Assembly: GCA_038245785.1 (NCBI GenBank)
Contig: JBBRSB010000020.1
Location: 21,485 to 85,484, forward strand
Reading direction: 5' to 3'
Length of the DNA: 64,000 nucleotides
Source of the DNA: Gloeobacterales cyanobacterium
GTDB taxonomy: Bacteria; Cyanobacteriota; Cyanobacteriia; Gloeobacterales; PMM-0068
Both the position numbers and the translations under genes were made by a program. The notes under the pieces are model-generated. The model did not search any database. It had not been told where the DNA came from and worked only from the letters and a program-made list of their open reading frames with translations. Shown here piece after piece: positions 44,404-54,614 of the stretch; the stretch's first letter is position 1; every line of letters begins with the position of its first letter.

Positions 44404-45407
44404 ACAGTCTCTAGGGGAGAGGGTTGATAAAACTGACATTGCCAAGCAATCGTTTGTTTAAGTCCTTCTTCTAGGGATGTTTGCGGAGTAAATCCCAAGA
44501 GCTGACGGGCTTTGCGGTTATCGGGCACACGGCGACGTACGTCCTCATAGGGACGCTCTGCAATTGCTTGATAGGGAATGAGTTGGATCTTTGCCTCCCC
44601 GGTGCTGTGACTGTTCATCAGACGATGGATGAGATGAGCAAGGTCAAGAATGCTAATTTCTCGGTCATCTCCGATATTAAATAGCTGGCCTGTAGCAGCT
44701 TCTGGCTTTTCAACCGCTGCCACAAACCCGGCTACCGTATCGCGCACATAGGTAAAACTGCGGGTCTGTTGCCCATCGCCATGGATAGGGATCGATTGTC
44801 CTTTTAGCAGAGTGTCAATAAAGACTGATTGAGGTCCTCCCCACCAACTGCGGTGTTGACGGGGACCATAGGAGCCAAAGATCCGAATAATTGTTACTCC
44901 TAGGTTGTATTCCTCCTGGTAGCCCCAGGCAAGATGTTCGTCAAAGAGTTTGGAGGTGGCATAGCTCCAGCGCCCAATCAAACTACTGCCTAAGACTGTA
45001 TCTTGGTCTTCTTTGAACGGCAGCTGAGGACTTTTGCCATAAACATCAGAGGTCGAGGCCAAAATAAAGCGGGCTTGTCGGTTGCGGGCTACTTCCAAGG
45101 CGTTCTCAGAACCTTGACTATTGATGCGGAGCGTCCCCAACCGAGAACTGTAGCGTGGGATCTTAGCTGCGGCCATATGAACCAACACATCCACTGCGGG
45201 AACGGCGGCTTCAAAGGCTTCTTGGTCGAGGATATCCAGTTTGTGGAAGGTAAAAGCTGGATGCGCCAGGGTAAATTGGAGATTTTCTCGGCTTCCCATA
45301 GATAGGTTGTCTACGCCGATTACCCGATGACCACGCTGAAGCAAAGCATCGGCAAGGTGGGAGCCTAGAAAGCCCGCCACTCCTGTAATCAAAATATGTT
45401 GTGTCAT
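44400..45407 (-). CDS. NAD-dependent epimerase/dehydratase (UDP-glucuronate decarboxylase-like)
   Basis: GVAGFLG, STSDVYG, YATSK, GDGQQTRSF motifs. Confidence 0.88.
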   Translation of the reverse strand: MTQHILITGVAGFLGSHLADALLQRGHRVIGVDNLSMGSRENLQFTLAHPAFTFHKLDILDQEAFEAAVPAVDVLVHMAAAKIPRYSSRLGTLRINSQGSENALEVARNRQARFILASTSDVYGKSPQLPFKEDQDTVLGSSLIGRWSYATSKLFDEHLAWGYQEEYNLGVTIIRIFGSYGPRQHRSWWGGPQSVFIDTLLKGQSIPIHGDGQQTRSFTYVRDTVAGFVAAVEKPEAATGQLFNIGDDREISILDLAHLIHRLMNSHSTGEAKIQLIPYQAIAERPYEDVRRRVPDNRKARQLLGFTPQTSLEEGLKQTIAWQCQFYQPSPLETV

Positions 45408-45413
45408 GTTTGC

Positions 45414-46529
45414 TCAGGGGGAGAGGACGAAGGCTTCTTGGAGAGCTTGGACCACGGTTTGCTGTTGTTCATGGGTTAACTCTGGAAACATCGGTAAAGA
45501 GAGCACTTCTGCTGCCGCTTTCTCTGCGGCGGGGAAAGCGCCGAATGTGTAGCCTAAGTGGTAGTGGACCTCCTGAAGGTGCAGCGGGATGGGGTAATAA
45601 ACCATCGAAGATACTCCTGCCGCTTTCAGGGCCTGCTGCACTCGGTCGCGGTCCGCAACCCGAATCGTGAATTGGTTGTAGACACTGTTCGCATTGGGCA
45701 GTTCTTGAGGACAGAGAATGTTTGGATTTCCTGCTAAAAGCTGACGATAGTGGTCGGCATGATCACGGCGGGCGCTGTTCCATGCTTCAAGATAGGGAAG
45801 TTTAACGTTGAGAATGGCGGCTTGGAGTTCGTCGAGGCGGCTATTGACCCCTAACTCCGTGTGATGGTATTTTCGTTTGCCTCCGTGACGGCGTAACATC
45901 TCAATCCGCTCTGCGAGGAAAGGGTCACGGGTGGTGGCCAACCCTCCATCGCCAAAGCAGCCCAGATTTTTGCTAGGGAAAAAGCTAAAGCAGCCCACAT
46001 CGCCCAAGGAACCGACCCTCTGTCCCTGATAGGTGGCCCCGACAGCCTGGGCACAATCCTCAATCACGCGTAGCCCATGCCGCTGGGCGATCTTGAGCAA
46101 AGGCTCCATGTCACAAGGCTGACCAAAAAGATGGACGGGCAGCAACACCTTAGTGCGTGAGGTAATATGCGCTTCGAGTTGGTTGATGTCCAGGTTAAAC
46201 GTTGTCGGATCGATGTCTACAAAGACTGGGATTGCACTGACGGCACCAATCGCTTCGGTAGTAGCGATAAAGGTAAGAGGAGTAGTAATGACCTCATCCC
46301 CAGGACCAATCTCCAGCGCACGCAGAGCTAAGTACAGGGCATCGGTTCCTGAGTTGAGGCCGATGGCATGGGAAACGCCCAAATAGTCTGCTAGCTGTGC
46401 TTCTAAACGTTTGACTTCGGGTCCCAGAATGTACTGACCTTCGGCCATAACCCTACCCACCACTAAATTCAGAGATTCAGCGATGTGCTGATATTGCAGG
46501 GACAAATCAACCATGGGAATCATCGGCAT
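45414..46529 (-). CDS. DegT/DnrJ aminotransferase (WbpE/WlbC-like)
   Basis: NSGTDAL, EDCAQA, SFFPSKNLG and NSRLDELQAA motifs. Confidence 0.92.
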   Translation of the reverse strand: MPMIPMVDLSLQYQHIAESLNLVVGRVMAEGQYILGPEVKRLEAQLADYLGVSHAIGLNSGTDALYLALRALEIGPGDEVITTPLTFIATTEAIGAVSAIPVFVDIDPTTFNLDINQLEAHITSRTKVLLPVHLFGQPCDMEPLLKIAQRHGLRVIEDCAQAVGATYQGQRVGSLGDVGCFSFFPSKNLGCFGDGGLATTRDPFLAERIEMLRRHGGKRKYHHTELGVNSRLDELQAAILNVKLPYLEAWNSARRDHADHYRQLLAGNPNILCPQELPNANSVYNQFTIRVADRDRVQQALKAAGVSSMVYYPIPLHLQEVHYHLGYTFGAFPAAEKAAAEVLSLPMFPELTHEQQQTVVQALQEAFVLSP

Positions 46530-46579
46530 ACTTTTTATACCTTTTGAGATTGAGAACATGAAGTTAGTTCGATAAACAA

Positions 46580-46945
46580 TTAGGCTTGCGCCAGGGACAC
46601 CAGCCACACTCCCCCCAGGATGGCTAAGCAGCCCACCACCTGGACCGGCTGAATCGACTCTTTCAGGAATAGAGCAGAGACAAGAAGAACAAGTAAGAAG
46701 CTCAAACCACTCATGATTGGGTAGGCAATGCTCAGGTCAAGGCGTGAGAGGGTGTAGCTATACCCGGCCAAGGCCAACACATAGAACGTCACGCCTGCCA
46801 CCACACCAGGGTTCGTAAATATCAGAACCAGAGACTTCCAAGACAGCTCTAGAGCTCCACCCCGATTCATCCCATACTTTATTAGCACGTTGCCTATGGC
46901 ATTGAGGGACACGGCTAAGAGCAAAATCAACGTGGCTGAGGACAT
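46580..46945 (-). CDS. SMR/DMT family 4-TM transporter (ArnE/F-like flippase candidate)
   Basis: 121 aa, 4 TM helices, LSIAYP motif. Confidence 0.8.
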   Translation of the reverse strand: MSSATLILLLAVSLNAIGNVLIKYGMNRGGALELSWKSLVLIFTNPGVVAGVTFYVLALAGYSYTLSRLDLSIAYPIMSGLSFLLVLLVSALFLKESIQPVQVVGCLAILGGVWLVSLAQA

Positions 46946-46956
46946 TCTGATTTCTC

Positions 46957-48300
46957 CTAAAGGCGGAAGAGGCGGGGGTCATTCCGGAGGTAGCCTAAAG
47001 CGTTACGGGTATCGACCACTAGAGAACTGTGCTCGGCAACTAAGGGCCAAGGAAAGACACCATGATTGGTGATGATGACCACGCAGTCACTGGTCTGCAG
47101 CAGCTCGGCATCCAAGTCAGAGCTTTGCAGGAGATAGCTTTTCTCATCCACAAGAAGAGGCAGCCGGGACACATAGGGGTCACTATATTGAAGGACAGCG
47201 CCCTTGCGATGGAGCTGCTGCATCACACGGATGGCTGGCGATTCCCGGTAGTCATCAATGTCAGGCTTGTAGGTTACGCCCAAAATTAAAACTTTGGCTC
47301 CCTTAACGGATTTACAGCGACTATTGAGGGCTTCAGCAACCAGAGCAACCACATAGTGCGGCATCTGGGTATTGACTTCCTCTGCCAGCTCAATGAAACG
47401 CGGCTCATAGCCATGGACGCGAGCCTTCCAGGTCAGATAGTAGGGATCGAGGGGAATACAATGACCCCCAATTCCTGGCCCAGGATAGAATTTCATGAAT
47501 CCAAAGGGTTTTGTTCCAGCGGCCTCAACGACTTCCCAAATATTAATGTCTAAGATGCGGCACATTTTGGCCATTTCATTAACCAGGGCAATGTTAACGC
47601 TGCGAAAGGTGTTTTCTAGAAGTTTGGCAATCTCAGCAGTGCGTGCTGAAGAAACAGGATGTACTTTTGAAACGACACTACGATATAGCTCAACGGCCAG
47701 CTTTGTACTCTCTGCACTCACGCCACCGACCAGTTTGGGAATGTTTTCTGTTCGATAGTTTGGATTTCCTGGATCCACCCGCTCAGGTGAAAAAGCCAAG
47801 AAAAAGTCTTGGTCTAGATGCAGATCTTTCTGCGCAAACATAGGCAGTAGAACTTCATCAGTCGTGCCTGGGTAGGTAGTACTTTCTAGAATAATCAGTT
47901 GTCCTGGTCGCAGATGTTCCTGAATATGTTCAGCTGCCGAAAGGATGTAGGAAATATCCGGTTTTTTTGACTTGTCTAGGGGTGTGGGAACGCAAATAAT
48001 GATGACATCAGCCTGTTTGAGTAAATTGAAGTCTCCACTGGCTCGAAAATGCTGATTTCCAATCAGTTGCTGGATTTCTGCAGTATCAACATCTTGAATG
48101 TAAGAACTACCAGCGTTGAGTTTGTCAATTTTTGCTTCATCCACATCCAAGCCAGTGACTGGGAAACCAGACTTTGCAAACTGAGTGGCCAAAGGTAGGC
48201 CAACATATCCAAGACCAAGGACAAATACCCGCGCTGTGCGGGTTTGAATTTTATAAAACAGGGAAGCTTTAACATCAAATTGGAGTACTGATGCTTGCAT
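46957..48300 (-). CDS. wbpA: UDP-N-acetylglucosamine 6-dehydrogenase (WbpA-like)
   Basis: GLGYVG, ESTTYPGTT, SPERVDPG, GGHCIPLDP motifs. Confidence 0.88.
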   Translation of the reverse strand: MQASVLQFDVKASLFYKIQTRTARVFVLGLGYVGLPLATQFAKSGFPVTGLDVDEAKIDKLNAGSSYIQDVDTAEIQQLIGNQHFRASGDFNLLKQADVIIICVPTPLDKSKKPDISYILSAAEHIQEHLRPGQLIILESTTYPGTTDEVLLPMFAQKDLHLDQDFFLAFSPERVDPGNPNYRTENIPKLVGGVSAESTKLAVELYRSVVSKVHPVSSARTAEIAKLLENTFRSVNIALVNEMAKMCRILDINIWEVVEAAGTKPFGFMKFYPGPGIGGHCIPLDPYYLTWKARVHGYEPRFIELAEEVNTQMPHYVVALVAEALNSRCKSVKGAKVLILGVTYKPDIDDYRESPAIRVMQQLHRKGAVLQYSDPYVSRLPLLVDEKSYLLQSSDLDAELLQTSDCVVIITNHGVFPWPLVAEHSSLVVDTRNALGYLRNDPRLFRL

Positions 48301-48327
48301 AGGAGAAATTCCTTTTTTATAGAAGGG

Positions 48328-50082
48328 CTAAGATGCGCCAAAACGAGCAGGTTGATAGATGCGAATTAGGTTCTTCCCCTCAGGGAAAGCTGCGACTTGC
48401 TGATGACCTTGGGTAATCCAGCGATAGACCAAGGGATTGAAGTTGCGATACTCCTTGTAGGTCCATTCTGGATAGGGACGATCAACCAAGACGATGTAGC
48501 GCACTCCTTTGCGCTCCATCTCCTGTATGAATGCTTTTTCTTCTTGAGCATTGAGGAGTACCCCTGGAAGAAAAGTTGTTTGTCGAGAAGGAGAATGGGT
48601 CCCACTCAAAAAATTGATCAAAGTCCCCTCGGACAAGACCAAAACACGATTCCGGTCTTCAGGCTGTACTCGCTTTAGAAAGGCCAGCGTCTGACTAAAA
48701 GCTTGGGTCATTTCTGGCTTTTGATAGGTGTGTATGGTGCCGTAGGTCGAAGTAACCGTGCCGTCGTAGCTACTGAAGTTCAGAGTTTGTGCGATTAGCA
48801 TCAAAATTACACAGACAGCAAGATATGAACTGGGGAGCAGCTGATGCTTGAGATAGGGTTCTAATAAGCCAAGAACGATGCCGAATAGAACTACCAAGAA
48901 AATGGAGTAGATGCTGTACAGTTCCATTGACAACAGCCAGCGCAGATTCAATAAGAAGACATCGGTAAAGATGGCAAGCAAAAGCAGCGCCGTGGGCCGC
49001 CCTAAGGCAGGTGCGATGAAACGATATCCCAGGGCGGCCATAGCAAAAACCCCTATAGACCAATGCAGTCTACTGAGCGGCAAGACGGGTAATCCGTTGG
49101 TTTTGGTGAAAAGGAACAGGAGTAGGAAAGAAAAAGGAGCGGCAAGCGCAGTAGCTAACAGAATCTGGCCCCATTCAGACCTCACTCGATGGCGAATGGC
49201 CCATAGCGCCAGCAACACAGGGGCTGAAGAAGCAAGAAAAACCAGTAAAGTCTTTCCCCAAACCGCCAAGGTCTTAGTAGGCGAAACCTTGAATAGTTCG
49301 CTATTTTTATAAACCGCAAATTTTGCGGAAGGATAGAGATTCTCTTCCATGAGTTGATGCCAACTCACATGTTGCAGAAAATACCACAGCGGTAAGGCCA
49401 CCACGAGTACAAAGGGGACTAGAATCAACAGTAGATCTACGGCTAACTTTCTGAGTTTGAGCAGAAAAAAGCGCGGCTCGCCCTCTAGATGCCATAGTGT
49501 CAGGACCAAGAAGATAACTCCAATACAGGCTATGCCATATTCCTGCTTCGCCAGTAAGGCCAGTCCGCAAAGCACTCCCATGCACAGCGATGTCAAGAAG
49601 TGTGGTCTAGCCAAATATTTTTGGAGGACCAGAAAAAGTACAGCGGTAATTAGAGTTCCATAAGTGGCTGCATAGCTATAGGGCAAGACCAGGTTACTAA
49701 GCCCCGGAGAAAAGGCACAGTAAGTCAATACCGCTGTACAGGTTAAACAAGCATATTTTTCATTAATAATGCGTTGTACTAGCTGATACAGCGTGACGGT
49801 AAATAGTAAACTTAAGCCAAGGCCAATTCCATAAAAAACAGTTAGATTTCTTCCGAAAATCATCAAAATCCAGGCATTCACATAGTTGGCTAGAGGACTG
49901 TAATAAGACTGAATATCACGGTATAGAATTTGACCATCCAGGATACGAGTCGGCGTCTCTACTTCGTGACCAATATCGATCACCAAGTCGCCGAGCTTCC
50001 CCCAGCTTAAAATAGCCAAATAGATAAAAACCGCTATCGTTATCAGGCGATAGCGCTCAGAAGATAAAAATTTAGACAGCAT
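48328..50082 (-). CDS. Multi-TM GT-C glycosyltransferase (ArnT/PMT-like)
   Basis: About 12 TM segments; DIGHE and LYRD..YSP first-loop motifs; KQEYG. Confidence 0.7.
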   Translation of the reverse strand: MLSKFLSSERYRLITIAVFIYLAILSWGKLGDLVIDIGHEVETPTRILDGQILYRDIQSYYSPLANYVNAWILMIFGRNLTVFYGIGLGLSLLFTVTLYQLVQRIINEKYACLTCTAVLTYCAFSPGLSNLVLPYSYAATYGTLITAVLFLVLQKYLARPHFLTSLCMGVLCGLALLAKQEYGIACIGVIFLVLTLWHLEGEPRFFLLKLRKLAVDLLLILVPFVLVVALPLWYFLQHVSWHQLMEENLYPSAKFAVYKNSELFKVSPTKTLAVWGKTLLVFLASSAPVLLALWAIRHRVRSEWGQILLATALAAPFSFLLLFLFTKTNGLPVLPLSRLHWSIGVFAMAALGYRFIAPALGRPTALLLLAIFTDVFLLNLRWLLSMELYSIYSIFLVVLFGIVLGLLEPYLKHQLLPSSYLAVCVILMLIAQTLNFSSYDGTVTSTYGTIHTYQKPEMTQAFSQTLAFLKRVQPEDRNRVLVLSEGTLINFLSGTHSPSRQTTFLPGVLLNAQEEKAFIQEMERKGVRYIVLVDRPYPEWTYKEYRNFNPLVYRWITQGHQQVAAFPEGKNLIRIYQPARFGAS

Positions 50083-50154
50083 AGGAATCCCATAGGGAGA
50101 CTATTTTGAGATTAATTTGATAAAGCTACCAGTCCATAACTTCTCATAAAAATA

Positions 50155-51066
50155 TTACTCCCAATAGTATTTTTGCTGACTAAAAGCCCTCTTCAACTTT
50201 AGGGGTAGAGAAGGCTCTAGCATGCCTGTCCGATAGCCCATATATTTAATTATTGTTGTGATAAGGGAATAGGGAATAAGATGAGTATTTTGCGTTTTTA
50301 CTAAGTATTTAATCTGCTCTTTGAGAAGGCGCATTCCCTCTCCTTCTGCCCTGCCTGCCATTTCGCACATCCAAGATTCTTTGTTCAAAAAAGAACCTGT
50401 ATCAAAATATCTCTGAAACTCTTCTTCTATCGTATAAAGATGAGAATGGTAGACCTGGGCATCTGCAACATAGGCTATTTTATAACCCTTTGCAATCAAG
50501 CGGGCAGCAATATGCTGGTCTTCCCAAGTTAAGGTTCTTTCAGGAAATCCACCAACAGCATCCCATGCGCTAGTGCGATAGGCACAGAAAGAATCAGAAC
50601 AGAAAAAGGTCTTAATTCCAAGGCGAGGAATATCTGCTTTACTTTTGACAATGTTCTTATCTGGATAGTTAAATAGCCGAGGAAAGGCTTCAAGAGGTCC
50701 AGCTCCAACGCGGGGCAGCTGCCGCCCATAAGCTAGGGCCACCTCATCATCTGCAAAGGATTTTGTCAATTGCTTCAGAAAATCCGGTGTTGCTGGAACC
50801 GCATCCTGAGTCATATACACCAAAATTTCCGCTTGGACCAAGGAGCGCCCAAAATTACGGGTTCCTCCGTGATTAAATTTTCTACGTTCAATAGGATAGA
50901 TATTGACATGGTATTGCTTGCACAACTCGATCGTTTTATCTCTGGAAGCTGAATCAATAATCCAGACTTGGCTTGGGTCTATAGCATCGACTAACGGCGG
51001 TAAAACTTGTCGCAAATCTCGCTCACCATTCAAGGTGGGAATGAGAACAGCTATATCAATCATCAT
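50155..51066 (-). CDS. GT2 rhamnosyltransferase-like glycosyltransferase
   Basis: IPTLNG, FNHGGTRN, TQDA, VYHSH, RYFDTG motifs. Confidence 0.88.
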   Translation of the reverse strand: MMIDIAVLIPTLNGERDLRQVLPPLVDAIDPSQVWIIDSASRDKTIELCKQYHVNIYPIERRKFNHGGTRNFGRSLVQAEILVYMTQDAVPATPDFLKQLTKSFADDEVALAYGRQLPRVGAGPLEAFPRLFNYPDKNIVKSKADIPRLGIKTFFCSDSFCAYRTSAWDAVGGFPERTLTWEDQHIAARLIAKGYKIAYVADAQVYHSHLYTIEEEFQRYFDTGSFLNKESWMCEMAGRAEGEGMRLLKEQIKYLVKTQNTHLIPYSLITTIIKYMGYRTGMLEPSLPLKLKRAFSQQKYYWE

Positions 51067-51092
51067 ATCTCCTAAGGGACTATGAATCGTCA

Positions 51093-51904
51093 CTATTTTT
51101 CTGGATTCTTCTTATAAACATGGGGATTTTCGATAATCCCTTTTTGAAAAACTCTGCGAATTCCATTGCGCAACAAGATGTCTGCTTGCAAGGCTACGTC
51201 TGTCCTGGACGTCCTCGAAAAGAGGTGACATGGAAATAATCCTGTGTATTCAGTGGTACTGGAGAAAAGTAATAGTTCGATATACAACAACGGCGACCTT
51301 CTCCCATGACTGGATTAACAGAATGCCAGGAAGAACGATGGGTAGCCGTTATTACTAAGCGGTTACATTGGCTACTAATGATGCGGCTCTTTTGGTCAAG
51401 CCGTTATCCCACAATTCTAAATTTCCTTCATATTCTTTCTGCCAGTTGGGAGTGACGTAGTAAAGTAGATTCAGTACTCGATAATTAACCCGGTCCTTAT
51501 CATGAGAATTATCTAGGTGAGGGTTGAGGTAGTGACCCTTCACCATCAGGCTTACCCCTCCAGCGTAAAGATTCTGATCGGGTAGAAGCGTCGTAATGCC
51601 CGTAATTTCTTCTAGCAACGCTATTACTCGCTGATCTTGAAAAGCATAGACAATTTCTTCCAGCAAAGGATTATATTGATTCATCTGGACTCCGATGTAT
51701 TTACACTCAGCAGAGGCTTTTTTTGAGGACTAGTCTCTCTTGCTCAGGAAAAGCATAATAGATAGATTCAGCTACATCTGCTGGGAGAAGATCATCGAGA
51801 ATACAACTGTTGATCTGCTATTGAGTAAAAAATTCATGATGGAGATGCTCCTTATTGTCTTGGAGTCTTTGCACAATATAGTTAGACAAGTCGCACCTGT
51901 TCAT
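51093..51904 (-). pseudogene. 2OG-Fe(II) oxygenase pseudogene
   Basis: GGAGG RBS and ATG at 51904; HLDNSHD and SWHSV motifs lie in different frames, separated by a stop and frameshifts. Confidence 0.75.
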
Positions 51905-51965
51905 GTTCGGTCCTCCTTCTTTGATAGGCCTCTTACAAGCCATAGACCTAACTTAAATAATTCAA

Positions 51966-53033
51966 CTAACGTTTAAATTGGCTTAAGGCTGGTTCAGACT
52001 GCAACAGCGACTCTATCAACCGTTGACAGGTGTTTTCCCACGTATATTTTTGGACTAGTTCCAAACCTGCTTGGATATAGGTTGCTATTGAGGAAGGGCT
52101 GGCTAATGTCCTAAATGCTTCTTCCCAGGTTTCAGATACCCCAGGCGTTATATAAATAGCCGCTTCCCCTAGTATTTCTCGATGGACAGGGATAGCAGAG
52201 GCAATAACAGGACGACCACAAGCCATTACTTCCAGAGGAGGAATACCGAAACCTTCCCAGAGCGAAGGAAAAACAAGGGCAGCACAGTGTTGATAAAGTT
52301 CGACTAATTCGCCTTCATCTACATAATCTAGAAACGTTACATCGTGCACAAGATCAAGTTTTTGGACCAACGAGATCAATTCTTGCTTATAGTGTTCCCG
52401 TGCCGAAGTAATTTTAAGATGATAACGACCTTTCCAAATTGGCCAATGGATTAGTAATTCTTCAATATTCTTGTGTGCATAGGCTGCACCAACGATCAAC
52501 AGATAATCCTGTTTAGGGAAAGGTGTTGGATAAAAGATTTTTAGATCAATACTATTAGGCACAACATAAACTTTGCTAGGAGGAAGCTTGTAATAGGCAC
52601 AAAGATCTGTCTTGGAAGTTTCTGAGACAGTAAAAATAGCTTTACAGGTATGTAAAGTGCGGGGCAAAAGAAATTGGAAGGAAGCGTAGTGCCAGTAATT
52701 CTGACGGGGATATCGAATACGAATTAAATCATGGACAGTGATAATTTGTGTTTGAGCCTGTGAGAGCCCAAAGTGCGCAGGGCAGTAAATAAAGTCTTCT
52801 TTAGTTGCTGGAAATCGATAAAATTGCCGTTTAAGAGCAGACCATCTTCCACCACCAATGGCGATATCTAGAGGAGAAGCCAGAACTGGGTTTTTATATT
52901 TACTCCTAAAAAATGCAGATATAAATGTGCAATGAAAATAGCGGTCTAGACATTCAGCACAACATTTGGAATACACACCAATTCCTGTTGGTCTAGGTCC
53001 CAACATCGTGAGATTAACATAGAAATCTGGCAT
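51966..53033 (-). CDS. GT4 glycosyltransferase
   Basis: TVHD, HKN and FPSLWEGFGIPPLE motifs. Confidence 0.92.
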   Translation of the reverse strand: MPDFYVNLTMLGPRPTGIGVYSKCCAECLDRYFHCTFISAFFRSKYKNPVLASPLDIAIGGGRWSALKRQFYRFPATKEDFIYCPAHFGLSQAQTQIITVHDLIRIRYPRQNYWHYASFQFLLPRTLHTCKAIFTVSETSKTDLCAYYKLPPSKVYVVPNSIDLKIFYPTPFPKQDYLLIVGAAYAHKNIEELLIHWPIWKGRYHLKITSAREHYKQELISLVQKLDLVHDVTFLDYVDEGELVELYQHCAALVFPSLWEGFGIPPLEVMACGRPVIASAIPVHREILGEAAIYITPGVSETWEEAFRTLASPSSIATYIQAGLELVQKYTWENTCQRLIESLLQSEPALSQFKR

Positions 53034-54310
53034 TAGCTGAAACCCTTATCTGTGTACTTAGCCCGGGTACTTAGAAAGATGAAGAATATGAGTATTAAAT
53101 TAATGAGGAAATCAATTTGCATGTTGAAAATAAAGTAAGCAAGTCCAAAAATTTGTTTGAAGATAAAGGTCCAAATTAGAAAGTCTGATAAATTTTCAAC
53201 CCGTGAAAGGATAGATTTATAGGTCTGCAGCAATACCCCACTGAAATAGCCGTATATCGCTGAGAACACTACAACTCCCGGCCAGGAAAAAGCCATAAAG
53301 CCCAGGGTCGGTATATCAAAACGAAACCCTCCTGTTGCTGCGTTCGCTTTAGAGCCAATTACCAATTTCGAGATAATCGAGGGATTATAAGGAAATTGCT
53401 CGGGTAGCAGTCCCCCTATGACACTTAGACCATCTGTAGCAGGCCAACGCCCTGATAACCAGGAATGAATAAACCAAAGACTATCGCGTACGTCTGGTAG
53501 ACCACTTACAAGAATCAAGAAAAAATTTCCAGGGTTTCCTCCAGGGGATAACAGCAGCTCTATCAAGGTAAAAATAGATGAGCCGATGCCTACAAAAAGG
53601 CTATACGCAATGACAACAGGCCAAAAGAAACGTTGTTTACGGAAACAGAAATAACTAAGAATTACTAATATAAGAGCACTAAAAATAAGAGCGCGCCTGG
53701 CAGAAAGGGCTAGCAAAACTACCAGAACCAAGATAAGAAGTAGATCAAGAATTCGGATCCTGTTTAGAATACGGACAGCAAGAATAAAGATGGAGATTTG
53801 AGATAACAGCAGCGCCAATCTAAAAAAACTGGCGTAAGGACGATAGGCTTCTTCGTATTCATCGGCAAAAAAACGAGCAACTTCAGGTTTTTCCGTTAAC
53901 AGCGGAGCGAAACCAATTCTGATGTATGCATAGGTAAATAGGGCCGCCGTGATTAAGGATAGGACCACAGGCATTTTGCCTGTTAATAATCCAGATAGGC
54001 GCGGCCAAAAAGATAAAGCTAGCTTTCGAATAAAATAGACAGCATCGGACTTAAAGTAGAAGCCCGCCAGATAGGTGGGTAAAACCACTATGCAGCTTAC
54101 AAGAAGAATGAGTGTATATTCATCAATGCTTTTCTGAGTGACCCCAAAATACTCTTTGGCTTGGACTTCAAAGATTGCTGTCCCAATAACATGGGTAATG
54201 AGAAAGATAGGAAGAGAAACAATTGCCTGAAGGTTGCGGCGACTTGGCCACAGGAGAAAAGGCAATAAAAATATAATACTTTGATAGGCAATTGAAACTG
54301 CAACAAACAT
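53033..54310 (-). CDS. wzy: O-antigen polymerase Wzy-like membrane protein
   Basis: About 10-11 TM segments, low GC, located inside a wzx-containing cluster. Confidence 0.7.
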   Translation of the reverse strand: MFVAVSIAYQSIIFLLPFLLWPSRRNLQAIVSLPIFLITHVIGTAIFEVQAKEYFGVTQKSIDEYTLILLVSCIVVLPTYLAGFYFKSDAVYFIRKLALSFWPRLSGLLTGKMPVVLSLITAALFTYAYIRIGFAPLLTEKPEVARFFADEYEEAYRPYASFFRLALLLSQISIFILAVRILNRIRILDLLLILVLVVLLALSARRALIFSALILVILSYFCFRKQRFFWPVVIAYSLFVGIGSSIFTLIELLLSPGGNPGNFFLILVSGLPDVRDSLWFIHSWLSGRWPATDGLSVIGGLLPEQFPYNPSIISKLVIGSKANAATGGFRFDIPTLGFMAFSWPGVVVFSAIYGYFSGVLLQTYKSILSRVENLSDFLIWTFIFKQIFGLAYFIFNMQIDFLINLILIFFIFLSTRAKYTDKGFS

Positions 54311-54334
54311 TATTTACTGTCTAGAAGATAAGTC

Positions 54335-54463
54335 TAAGTGGCTAGGTAGAATCAAATAGAAGACCCCCTGTAGTCCCCCCTGGCACTGGGCGAAGCATTC
54401 CCGGAGGGTAGGGGACGGCGATAGCTGGAGGTTATGTTCGCTTTAATTAAGCCCACCTACTTA
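54335..54463. mobile_element. Small MITE-like element
   Basis: Imperfect terminal inverted repeats TAAGTGGCTAGGTAGAATCAAA / TTTAATTAAGCCCACCTACTTA (15/22) around a GC-rich hairpin core. Confidence 0.45.
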
Positions 54464-54614
54464 TAGCTGATAGCAATTAAAATGCTCACTAAAGCTTCTA
54501 ATCTATCTTTTATCGCTACGAGCGCTCCCCACTGTTTTACAGGGTAGTGGGCTGGGGATCCATCTTTACGTAAGTTCTAATAGTGACTTCAAGGAAATCT
54601 TGAGTAGACAAGAT

